A DNA stretch of 54,711 bases, the filler included, from Dirinaria sp. TL-2023a (taxonomy: Eukaryota): assembly GCA_051941275.1 (NCBI GenBank). It is 3 parts of 3 records of this genome, joined end to end, with 100 filler letters (N's around TTAATTAATTAA, not from the genome) between each part and the next. Parts side by side here need not be neighbours in the genome. Positions count along the whole stretch, not along the records: positions 36,550 to 54,711 come from JAVEBF010000397.1; 2 more parts are not named here. The stretch is one strand, 5' to 3'. A program made the translations under genes and the position numbers. Under the pieces are notes generated by a model. It did not search any database. It was not told the origin of the DNA and saw only the letters and a program-made list of their open reading frames with translations. Below, in pieces: positions 36,550 to 48,190 of this stretch (positions are counted from its first letter, which is position 1; each line of letters begins with the position of its first letter).

Positions 36550-37480
36550 GGTGTGTCCTTAGCGGCGGCCCTTTTGATGGTCTTAGAAACCATTCCTGTT
36601 CAAGTCGCCCAATGGCGAGCCGGTAATCGACTACTCTTCTCACATCCCCGTATGTTTCCAATAGCCTTTTCTTGTCCTCGACAATCTGGGTAGCCAAATT
36701 GTGGAAATCGCCGGCATTGATCATTGCTTTGACGTTTGAATGGACCAACTTATTGCGCTTTGCATAATAATGAATCTCGAAGCGCACGTGATCAGGATCC
36801 ATATTCGCAATTGTTGCCGCTCTTTTGACGCTTTCGAGCCATGGTGTTACCGGGTACGGCCTTCCACTTTGTGTTCCGCCATTTCTTCTCTAGTCTTCGA
36901 TGGCTTCTTCTTCTTTTGTCATTTCTCGGTCAACATCCGGCCACTGCATCTCCGGATGTAATTTCCACTCGGTCCCAGCCATGTCTGCTCTTCGGTATCG
37001 CTCGCAATTAACGGTGAGATAATCACAGTATTCTACATCGAGCCGCAGCTCTCGGAATGCGTGGGTGGCGTCAATAAGAGCGGTCATCGCTCCTTCGGTT
37101 CCGTGAAGTTTCTCCCTATAAAAGTTCCAGTGTTAGGAAACTCCTTCTCGAATGTGGGGCATGCACCTGCCAAGTAACAGGCTCTTAAGCTGCATCGTGT
37201 CCGAACAAGCAGGGAGGAACAAAGGGCAAGAATAGGAGTTGGCCAATGCCTTTAAAGTGTTTCGACGTCAATCAACCAGAGATACTGTATGAGTACATAC
37301 CAGTACGAGTTTAACATTCCATCTTGAACAATTATGTTCCGAATGCTGTCGGCTCTTTGCTTTCCCTTGCTGTGCAGCTTGATTGCTTTCTCGCTTTGGT
37401 GTTTTATCTGCTACATGAGTCTGGCGAAACGAAGGAAGTGATGGCGGCCGTATTGCTTCATTGTCTTCGCATATGATATG
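36550..37480 (-). pseudogene. Intron-containing hypothetical gene with an in-frame TAG, truncated by the gap
   Basis: ORFs 36890-37087 and 36494-36802 are in one frame, joined by ..EAIED*RRNGGTQSGRPYPVTPWLESVKRAATIANMDPD... Intron-like GT..CTAAC..TAG signals lie upstream near 37116-37166 and 37251-37300. The 5' limit is approximate. Confidence 0.55.
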
Positions 37481-38720
37481 CGGGCCTTGAGCCCTGACGT
37501 CTCTTTCAAATCGTCCATTGGCTGTTAAGAATCAATCGTCAGCTTTACTGTTTCAAGTAAAAAAGCCTGTGCTGAAATGTGACGTTCTGTTGCTTTTTGC
37601 ATACCATGAAAGGGGTAGAAAGCTCTGTGAGTACTGACTGCTTCAAGTGTTGCAGCCTTATAGGCTAGATATTGGTACGAGGGACGAGAAATTGGTCTAT
37701 CCCATCGAACTTCCTTTGCTCTCGGGCAGTCCGACACAGAACACGACTGACAAAAGCGGAAGGCATGTCGGGTAGATGGTTGAATAATGCTGCTGGTGAT
37801 GTTGCTGCTGAAATTGCCAGTGATGGTATTGCTGCTGCTAACACTGCTGATGATGTTAATTTTCATGTTGCTACTGAAATACCTAGTAATAGTCAAAATG
37901 TCCCATGGTAACGAAGAACCAAAAGAAGTTCTGTGTCAAAGGAGGAAGCCACGCTTCACAACTTTCCTTCGTACTTACTTTACCTTTCTAGTCACCACGG
38001 CATCGTTCTGTGCGTCACGACTACCAAGTGGAGTGAGATGACTTTGCCGACGATATTTAGCTTGGCATGAAAGAAATCTGAGAATAATGTGACACAAGGT
38101 CTCGACCGAATGTACTCATTTACATAGTACTTATATCAGTGATGGGAATGACCGCAGCTGCTGCGCACGAGTCAAATGAGTGGCGAAAGAGTGGGCCTTT
38201 TCTCTTTGATTGGTGATGGATATGAATCTAAGATAGGAAAATGATATGATCGAGATTCGATGATGATGATGATGATGGTAGTAGAGAATGTGAAGCTGAA
38301 CGATGATATTTCACCGTATAACTGGGAGCATACTGAATCAATTATGCTTCTTTGTTTGCATAGACTTACGGCAAATTTACATAGAGCGTGATCTGGTGAT
38401 AATCTAAGTCTTAGCACTCTTTACCGTTTCTTAACGCTTTTAACGACATAAGGATTCTTTCGAATTTGAGCTGATACTTCTTCACAGACACTTTGCAAAG
38501 GCGCATTTGTATAGAGCACCTCAATGCTTTCAGACAATGCTATTGTCTTCCGTCGCCAATCTTTCTTCTCCGAACAACGCCTTTGACGTAGTAGCGACAA
38601 GCAGAGCCTGCCTTTGTCCACCCTGCATAGAACACTTTCAATTATTCCACTCCGCCAGAAATGCCCCAGGACTGATCTGTCATAGCCATTTCAAAGCGTC
38701 CCCACAGGACATTCAGCACC

Positions 38721-39389
38721 ATGCTACCGCACGCTAAAGCCCCTTTTCGCTCTACCATCACGAATCTGCCAGTTCCACCGAGCTTGCCTAACACTCTCGA
38801 CACCTTTTCCTTCGGTAATTGTACCAGCAACGCGGACTTTCCATCATCGCACTGCATCCCTTCGCTCTGGTTCTGGCTGCTTATAGCATTTTTCTTCGCT
38901 TCCATCGGCTTCACTGTGATAGGGATACTGAAACTGATGCAGTACTACAGAATGCGCCAAGGGCGACCTGATGTATACTTCGATGCATTCCGAGCGCGAG
39001 GATGGATCAGCGGGACACTCGAAGCCGGAACTTCCAGTCTGCCGTGGAGTCAGCAGGAGCGGTGGATAGATCTTGAGCAGCGGGCGTGGTTGTACAGTCC
39101 AAATCCTGAGGCAGCACATGGCAGGATTAAGCGCTTGAGCAAGTCAGAGACCGCAAAAGAAAAGCTTCGATTATCTTCAGCAATGGACAAGAATGTGAGG
39201 GAAGAGGATGGTTCTGGGTTGGCTCGGCCTCCTGACTGGTTCTTAGAGACGAGACACCGGGAGAAGCAGTATCCAAATAGAGAATTTTCCAGCGGGAATT
39301 GTCAATATGAGAGGCTCAAGCGTTTGACTGGGTGTCCGACATCGGCAGGCTTGAGCAAGGAGCCATTAAGACGCATGTCCATGCCCTGA
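38721..39389 (+). CDS. Hypothetical single-pass membrane protein (222 aa)
   Basis: cagcaccATG context; one hydrophobic segment (LWFWLLIAFFFASIGFTVIGIL) followed by basic residues; no recognised domain. Confidence 0.6.
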   Translation: MLPHAKAPFRSTITNLPVPPSLPNTLDTFSFGNCTSNADFPSSHCIPSLWFWLLIAFFFASIGFTVIGILKLMQYYRMRQGRPDVYFDAFRARGWISGTLEAGTSSLPWSQQERWIDLEQRAWLYSPNPEAAHGRIKRLSKSETAKEKLRLSSAMDKNVREEDGSGLARPPDWFLETRHREKQYPNREFSSGNCQYERLKRLTGCPTSAGLSKEPLRRMSMP

Positions 39390-42025
39390 AGAAGCAAAAG
39401 TCCACAGAATTGGCTTGGATTGAAATGCTTGGTAGCTACATAGTTCAGAGATAGAAAGGCATCGCCAAGTTCGAGTTCCAAGTCATTCCTTAGAATGTCA
39501 GGTATACAGAGGCTTTAAGGACGCACTGATTATTTGTTAGCAGTATTAGAGACATTGATGGTTATTGTACTCGACTGGGCCATGAAGAAGTTTTCATGAA
39601 ATCTGTGACTTACAAGTCTCAAGAAGGCTGAATATCCCTATCCAAGCCTTACAGGATGTTTGTTCTCTGTTGACTCCCAGTCTTAGACTTCGTGTGGAAA
39701 GAACAATACTTACAGACAGGACAGATGCTCAAACGATAAGATAAAGCTAACGCAAACAGGTCAAGCGTAGAAATCCTGTCATAAGACGTTTTTGTTCCTG
39801 CTTTGAAGAGTTTTCTCTCCCTGAAATACTTTGTATCTCTGATAAGACACACAGAAAAATCTCTGGATGTGCAGAGACTGACACTGGAAGTAATAGAGAT
39901 ACTTCTTACCACCATAAGACTGTGTTTGGATGACTGCAGAGAATTCAAAGCCAAACCACGGAAAGACTTACACTGTCTACCTATCGAAAGTCCAAGCATC
40001 TGGCCATCTAATCCGGGCTGAAATTGACTTCATAGTCGACTGATTTGGACAAGGTATGCTAGAAATTAAGCTCTGGTTGTTCATGACCTTCTGGTATCCA
40101 AATTTCCTCTTCAAGCTCTCTCTATTAATAGCAAAAGTTGCTACCAGTCAAGCTTATTCCTTGATCACCAAGATCTAAGGTTAGGTTATGCTGAAGAGTT
40201 GTACCGCGATACTCGATCTGTATGCTAGTGTTACTCTTATTCCTTGGACTCGTTCTTTGTGCTTGAAGCTCGGGGTGTTTTTTTTTTTGCCTTTAGTATG
40301 GAGTCCTTTCCTTCCTTGGGCTTACTTCAAAAGTTTTCATTTGTGATTGGAAACAAGAAAGTCTCGTGTGGATTGGGCTGCGTGGATCAATTTTGAAGCT
40401 CTCGTCCTAATTGCTCCTTGTACTATCATCGCTTATCGCATGTATTAAATTCGGTCTCTAAAACAGGTCAGTCAAGCTCGGACTACCGTCATTTTTGCAC
40501 CAATAACAGGTCGTGCAGGAAAGCGCTCGGGTGGCGGAACTTCTGCGTTCGAAAGGTGGCTTTTAAACGCTTTGGCTAACTCAGCGGAGGATCCCTCGGC
40601 TTCTTCCTACCATGATGCTGTCGACTAGATAAAGGTGGAAAACAGCTATGTGCGTCTGTTGAACACGATTTCGGCTCTCGTTCCAGACTTGGAAAGGTTT
40701 TCCAGCCAGGTAGTATAAATGTGCAGGGGCTTGATCGACGACGTGCTACTTCGGCTTGGGTCTCAGCTCTCTAAGAGTTAAGAGGATGGAGATCGGCTTT
40801 CGTGGCCAAAGAATTTATCGCCCAGCAAGGGATAGGGGAACATAGCAGGTGGTAGAAGCTGCGTGTTGGTAGTTTTGGAAAAATGTTAATGGCCAGACTA
40901 GCGGGAATTGTGCGCAGTTTATGGAAATCAGGTACTTACTCGCCAAAATTCTCACCCACAATCACCACAATGGCCTTTTCCCACTCATCGATGCTAGCTA
41001 TGTCTACACAATATGGCCGCATCAAACCTGAATAACACCTCTTACACGCTACCTTCTGTTCAACTGAATTCATTCTTGTGCCTTGATAACATGACTTGAG
41101 CCAGACTTTTCCAGGTCTCCCACTGCCATACATCTGTACATCTTCTTTTCACAAAGCGCTCGAGGCGCTCGAATCCGGGGGATTGCAACTAACAACATGC
41201 TGCCAAATTTGTATTCTGGCTTTTTGAAGCATTCTCGAAAAGCATTGCTACGAAGACTGCTTTACTACCAGCTTTTTGATCCGTCCAACATCACTCACGA
41301 AGCCTCAATGTTAGCACATCTAGCACCATCATGCCAAAACGAATCGATTGTGGAACATATGACAGAAATATCAAGCCGGTCACTGCACTTGCCTTTGAAC
41401 ACTGCCAATTCATATTGTTTTGTGATTGAATAAGCCCAATATAGCTAACACTTGGAGTTCAGAGCATCCACATTCTACAGCTATGCTTGCATGACAGCCA
41501 TGGATCCAACTCTTGACGTTCCGTCTCCTCTCTTAACTAGGGAGCTTCAAGGCAGTAGCGACCCATGTTAGAAAAAATGAAGGCGACGACGTGTTTCCCA
41601 AGCAAGAGAGTTTACAGCTTGCATGATGGCCCTACGCAATGAATCACAGTATCATACTGTCAATGTTAACATTTAGAGGATGAAGCTGAATGTTAACTAT
41701 GACCGTGTTGTCTAAGATATTTAAAGAAGCAGAATCCGCCTGAAGAACGCAACAATTTTCACCAAGCACGACAATTTGAATTCTCGAAGAATATGCCGAA
41801 ACTTTTGGAAAGAAAGAAAAAACTACGACTTTTAAAGCCGTAGTCAAGACGCTCTAAACTAAAAACTATGCTCTTATGCGGTAAGCACCGCAGAACTTCG
41901 CTATGTAATATTCCTTGCGCATCTCCTTTTTCTCAACGATGCCCAGATCACTAACTTTTTCCACATTAGGTGGTTCCTCATGAATAAAGTAGGTCTGCGT
42001 TTCGATCCACAAAATAAAAAAAAAT

Positions 42026-44102
42026 TCAGGAATCTGTTGGATCCTGATACTGCGGCTCTTGCCAAACCTCCTCCAGAAGCTCCTGCGGAAACCCGTGCCA
42101 CCAAGGCTGGTGCCGATGCAGCCTTGGCGCTTCTTGAAACACCCCCCATCTCTGGTACCAGAGACCCTCCAACATTTGCTGCAGCTCAGCGTACTGCTCG
42201 TTGTAGCTGCGGCGCTGGTTGGAGGGGAAGGGGGGCGCCAAGCCTGTCAAGTGTATGAATTGATATCGAGCGGGCATTAGTGCATAGTGCACCACTCTGA
42301 TATCTTCATGCTCGTCTGGCGCTTGCTCGCGCCAGTCGTACGGCTCTTGTGCCTGTTCCAGTAAGAGCTCTGGGTCTTGCTCCGCCGCGGGAGCCTTCTC
42401 TTTCCCTTTTTCATGTTGGAGGCCCGCTGACTCTGATTGGACGGAGGCCTGATGCGCTATTGCTCGTTCACGATGGGGAGAACGGGATCTGGCTCTTGAT
42501 GCAGGACGAGACAGGTCTTTTCCCTTTTTCTCTTTCTTGAGTCGGCTATTCTCTGACTTCTCTGCTCTCTTCTCCTTCCGCTTCCGCTCCGGGTACTTCC
42601 CTCTACTCGCTTCCTTCATCTCTTCGCGCTCCTCTTCGTAAAGATCTCTGAATGATCTTGTACTGTTGGTTTCGAGGCAGATCTTCGGCAACTTTGACTC
42701 GAGGTATTCCTTGATGGCCTTGCTGCCCTCCCGAGGGGTCCACGCCAGCAGCCCCGCATTCCAACGGAACCTTGACCGGCGCATACTAAGGGATCGGACG
42801 GTTGGACGATGTTCGTGCGGCATGCGGTCACGAAAGTCGTCCATGTTAATCCATTCGTTGAGTCTCGACATAGCTTCCAAAGACCAGCCAGGTTCTTGTG
42901 AGGATATCGTCTTCGGTAGCTCAGGGAAGTTACGTATTGGCCTTCGAGATTCAGGGTCGATGACGATGCGATCCTTATGCATTAAGAATTCGAACACGTT
43001 TTGGGCCTGTCGCTGCGCCTTCGCCAGTAAAGAAGGGTGATGCTGAAATAATATGTCCGGGCGATCAGGACGGTCGCCGCCCCAAGTACGTTGGCCTGGA
43101 TGGTATGCAGTCTGATCTAGTGGGCCGGGCCCAGCAGGCCTTGGATATTCTGGGCCATACCATGAGTGACATGCAAAAGCAAAGATTGAAAGACTTACCG
43201 AACGACCCCAGCTCGCCCATCTCCTCTAGAAAGTCCCGGCGAACTTCGTCAGTGAAGAAAGTGGCACGATCTAGAAGGAAGATTGTGAGCGTTTATCTGG
43301 GCCTAGGTATGGTTTCACTTACGCCAAGGACCTTCAGACGTCGGAGCCCACCATAAGCCTGCTTCGGTTTCTAATACAACATCGTGGCTCTCATTAGTAC
43401 CTAGCAGGCCACTTAGCAACTCTCTAATGGACTTATGAATCGGGTATAATCAATCTACTGACGGCGTTTTCGTCTCCGACCACTCGTTAGTTGAATGAAC
43501 ATTTGCTCGTCTTCAACTAAGACAGCATTAGTGCATAGTAAACGATGGGAATAGGGGAAAGTAAGTACCAGCTTCCTGAGATTCCACAGCTTCTACAGCT
43601 TCCTGATATTCTACGGCTTCTACAGCTTCTCCAGGTAACGAAGTAAACTCTTCTTCGTCTTGTTGAGCTAATGTGGTGATCCCTTCTTCGTTGTCTTGGG
43701 CTGATAGGGTGATCTCCTCCGGTCCTTCCAGCTGTTGAGCTTCTTCAGCTTCGTCTGCTTCACGGCTCAAAGTACTATAACGAGCCATATCTGCTGCTGC
43801 CCCTGCTACAAGTGGTGTCAATAGGATACATTGATAAGAGTTGAAGATTACATACCGCTTTCGCGCCCCTCATCCACATCAAAGGGGAAGCTGGAGCTGT
43901 TTAGAACCTCATCGGGATCCAGAGAGAAAGCAGGAGTCAAATCAGTTGGTGTACCACCGACGTTCGGAGATATGGCAGTGGGTGTTTCGCTAAAGGTAGG
44001 CGTGCGAGCGGTCAAGGCGCCCAAAAATTCTTCTTCCCAACTGCTGTTCTCTTCCTCTTGCCTTGGCGATCCTGACCGACGCCGAGTCGTGTCCTTCTCC
44101 AT
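42026..44102 (-). CDS. Hypothetical protein, paralogue A of an unnamed family; six exons (introns ~43806-43855, 43517-43568, 43371-43462, 43271-43322, 43150-43198)
   Basis: Phase-compatible GT-AG introns link an acidic N-terminus (MEKDTT.., EAVEAVE repeats) to the 42026-42997 ORF. The core is clearly homologous to 50592-52166, and there is a basic NLS-like tract (RKRKEKR..KKEKK). Confidence 0.7.
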
Positions 44103-45899
44103 GACGGTTTAATGGTCCAGGACACAACGCAGCCTTGTGCAGTTTACCAAGATCGAAAGCTCGATTCGATTTGTCAAGAACGAGAGCTTGAAAAGCGCGA
44201 CGCGATAGTCAGGAGGTTGTACGCCGCTATGCTCACCAAGTCTGAGGTCCTGTACGGTCGAGAGATCTTGCTGCCAGCGCGATGCAAATTCAAGGACGTG
44301 GCCAACCAAAAGCACGCTCTCAGGAGTTTGTAATGACGGGCGGTGCCTAGACTCTTCTGTGGTTTGGTCTCAAAAGCTACTTTTGCGTCGCTGTTACCAG
44401 AAGATACCAGAAGCGAGTAACAGGAGAACGAAAAAGCAGCAGAGCAAAGAAGCAGCAGAGCACGAGGATAAGGGGAAAAGAGGCCAGGATAGAGTGGTAG
44501 CATCAAATATAAGATCACAAAGTGTTATCGGGGCCGGATCAGTCTGACATATTGTGAACAAACACAAGAGACATAACACGCTAGCCAAGAGCCAGAGGAT
44601 AGGGGGTTACTGATTCGGTCAACAATTCCAAAAGGAGAATAGTCGGGTCTATTGGCAAGGCCTCTTCTACTTTACGGAGGGTATATGCTGCATGCCGAGC
44701 AGGGATAAGGCTTGATTGTCAAGTCCTGCCCATCTTCGAGGCCTTTATGCTCTCGGTATACTATACTATCTTAGACGTTATTACACTGATATGCGGCTTC
44801 TACTGAAGCTATATCAAAGCTCTTCCAACCGAGCTCTGGGGATCTTCTTAGATGTCAGGGGACCATGCCAATTTTGAGACTCGCCGTCACGCCGGCTTCA
44901 TATTCAGCTTCTTGCTTTGCTTGCTCATGTACTAGCGCCATTCATAGAGTATACACACGTCTTCGAGAGCCCCGTCTCGCTCAGCTCGCCTATACAATGA
45001 TCCTCTTCCTCGAGCCATGCAACAAAGACGTTGACCACTGATTGTCCAATTGTTAGCAGAAGTGGAACTACAAAAGGTATTGAAAGAGACCTTCTCAATC
45101 ATTGTTTACGCCTTCACGTCACTCGTCATGAACAAGTCTATTGTTCATTACAGAGTCAATCCGCCCAGCACCTATCCCGTTGCGTCAAATTCATTGTTCG
45201 CAAGCGCCGTGATAAGCAGCTGCAATCTTACGATCAGCTTTCTGACGGTCTGTTTCTATAAGCTCTATACAGATGAGATCTAAGCTGACGCAGCTTTTCT
45301 GGACTTAGTTGAGAATCTAGCATCCTGACCAAGCTTTCGCTACAATATGAGCGTGCACCGCTACCAAAACATATTCCAGTCTAGTTTGAGTAATGTCAAC
45401 GCTATACTCGAGAGGTTTCTACACGGGTTTCCAGAATCAGTCAGACACGTTGGTATGTCTCCTTTCATATTGTGATCTCCATGTTATTCTGAACTCATCG
45501 GCCAAGCAGGAACGCATGACTCTCGAGCCAAAGTCCCAGAGGAGACCCAAGCTTATATAGCTATTGCAGCAAGAACGACATGGCGTGCGACGCGTCGAAG
45601 CGCACATACTTCTGAGCTAAACCTCGTACGATTACATTTGATATTACACACGAAGTCTTCCTCGTAAGATACTCTGACGCAGAATCCTCACGCTAGTACG
45701 TCTTCTCCGTTCTGATCCACAATATGTATCTCAATTCGAGATGTAATTACAGACAACAGGCATATCAGCCCCCTAACAATAGCACTGAGCAGCTCCAGAC
45801 CATCACATCCTTTTCCAAGAATCTTCCTACATTTTCCGAGCACGCGCTGCTGCCAGCTGAATCTGACCCCAGTCATGCCAATTGTGCACCTATATAACT

Positions 45900-48190
45900 C
45901 CTAAAGGGTCCTCTACCATCCGGCATACAGTGCTAGTATGATTCCCTCCTCCATTTACTCCCCATACTGATACTCACGGCCAAACAACAAGCACAATTAT
46001 CCGTCTTCAACTCTAGGGAGATACCTCAGCTAACTTTCTTTTCTAGACTGAAAAGCATCTGAACTTCATCAGAAGCCCCGGTGGGTCAACGCGAGCGCAC
46101 CTTTATAGGCTGAAAATACTCGAGATAGCGTCAATGCGCTCCATGCCCTACTGCTACAAGACTCTTCAGAAGCAGCATCTTCCTCTTCAGCCATATACGT
46201 TTCATCTCAATACAAAATTTACAGGCTAAGCAAAATTATACGGAGTTTTAGCACGAGATCATCAAGTTTAAAAGATGCTTATTGTACTCAACGTCCCCAA
46301 CACATCACCAAAGTATCTGGAATCCAAGTATCTATTGTCCATGGCACCAATAGCCAAGAAGAGCAAGCCTCGCAAAACTATATGTTTCCAATACCATCAA
46401 CTTGAGGGCATCTAAAGCAGCAGAAGCAGTGGTCCAGGTTCGATTTAAGGAGGGAGCATTTTCAGACTGAAGAAACATCTCGACTTTCTCAGAAGACCCT
46501 TCGGTGGATGCATTGAGAGTGCGCGGCTGTACGCTGGACTTAGAGCATCAATGCTATACTTTTCCTGCTCCTACAAGGTCCTTCAGAAGCTGTAACATTT
46601 GCCTTAAGTCTTATACTCTTTTGTCCAAATACTAAAATACCACAGGCGAAGCACAATCAGTCATACTAGCCACCAACGCCCCCTTGTCAAGATAAATGGA
46701 GGCTTCCACTTCTCGATATCCCTTGCAAAGTAGCGAGTATCCCGAAGCCAACAATTTGATTGACGACTACCAATACTCAATAGAAGGAAATCTTGAAGAA
46801 CCCATCGTCCCAACACTACCAACTCGGAAGAGCTAAAGCAGCAGAAGCAGCGAATCATGTTCGAAGCAAAGAGAGGCCTCAATTTATTGACATCCTCTAT
46901 TAAAGAGAGCCTCCTATTTTCCTCAGAATCCGCCAGTGGGTGCACTGCGAGCGCACGGCTATGGGTTAAGAACGGTTCAGGACCGCATCAATACTATACT
47001 GGCGCTGCTACTACAAGGACCTCCAGAAGCAGTATCTTGTCCTTCAGCCTTCTAGTTTCCATCCCAAATACTAATACGTCACAGGTTAAACACCATCGTT
47101 TTGGCTATCAACACCAATTTAAAAGTTCAAACCGGCTTTCCTTCTTGATACTACTCACAGTTCACCGAAGGATCCGAAAAGCCATCGATCTAATTCATAT
47201 GAGAAAATTGATTCAAAAAACAAACAGAATTGTACCTCCACAACACCACCAAACGAGTGACCTAAAGCAGCGGAAGCGGCGATTTAAGTCCGTACTTAGG
47301 AGAAACTTCAGCTGCATTACATCTCAAGATTGAGGAAAATATCCGAACTTCCTCAGAGGGCCCCGTGGGTGCACTACGAGCGAGATTCTATGCGTGAAAC
47401 TGCTCTGAATAGCCTCAATATCATACTATACTTGCGCGCTTGCTGCGGGGTCCCCTGGAAGCAGTAAGCTTTCCTTCAGCCTTATGATTTGCGTACCAAA
47501 TACTAAAACATCACAGGCAAAGCAAAGTCATACTGGCGACCAACGCCACTTTATTTAAGACTGAAGGAGGCTGCCTTTTCTCGATGTCCCTAGCACACCA
47601 CTGAGTACCTCGAAGCCTACAATCTATCTATGTTACATACTACTAATAACCAAGAAAAGCAAGTCTCGTAGAACTACAGATACGCGATATTACAAACTCG
47701 AGAAGATCTAAAAGGAGCAGAAGCAGCGTTCTAAATTCAAACTCAGAAAAGGCCTTAGCTCGTTTACATCTTCAGATTCAAAAAGAACATCCCAGCTTCC
47801 TCGGAAGCTCCCGATGGGAAGACTGCGAACACGGGCCTATAGGCTAGACTATTCAGTATAGCATCTATACTGTACGTCCCCTACTGCTACAAGATCGTGT
47901 AACGGTAGTAACTTGTTTCCTAAGTCTTCTAACTTTCATCCCAAATACTAACACATCACAGGCGAAGCACAATCATACTGGGCAGTGAGCACCGCATTAT
48001 CAAAGGACACTTCCTCTTCTCGACGTACTTTACCACATCACTGAGTATCCGAAGACCAACTTTCTGATCATGATACATAATACCAATACCGCAGACAAGC
48101 CTCGCAGAACCTCCCTTCCCAATACCACTCAAATCGAGATCTTCAAGGCAATAGCATCGGCGAAACCAAGTTCCAACTAGGGGATAGAGG
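45900..48190. repeat. Degenerate tandem array, ~420-445-bp unit, ~5.3 copies
   Basis: Sub-motifs recur in the same order: ctaaagcagcagaagcag-like (~45980, 46412, 46833, 47262, 47708, 48142), ctRctRctacaag..cagaagcag..ccttcagcc (~46149, 46563, 47005, 47438, 47880) and aaatactaa..cacaggcRaagca (~46208, 46628, 47066, 47498, 47943). Confidence 0.85.

Noticed and set aside
45900..48190. CRISPR-like interpretation of the array
   Set aside because: Eukaryotic context, no cas genes, and ~430-bp units that are homologous along their length rather than short identical repeats with unique spacers.
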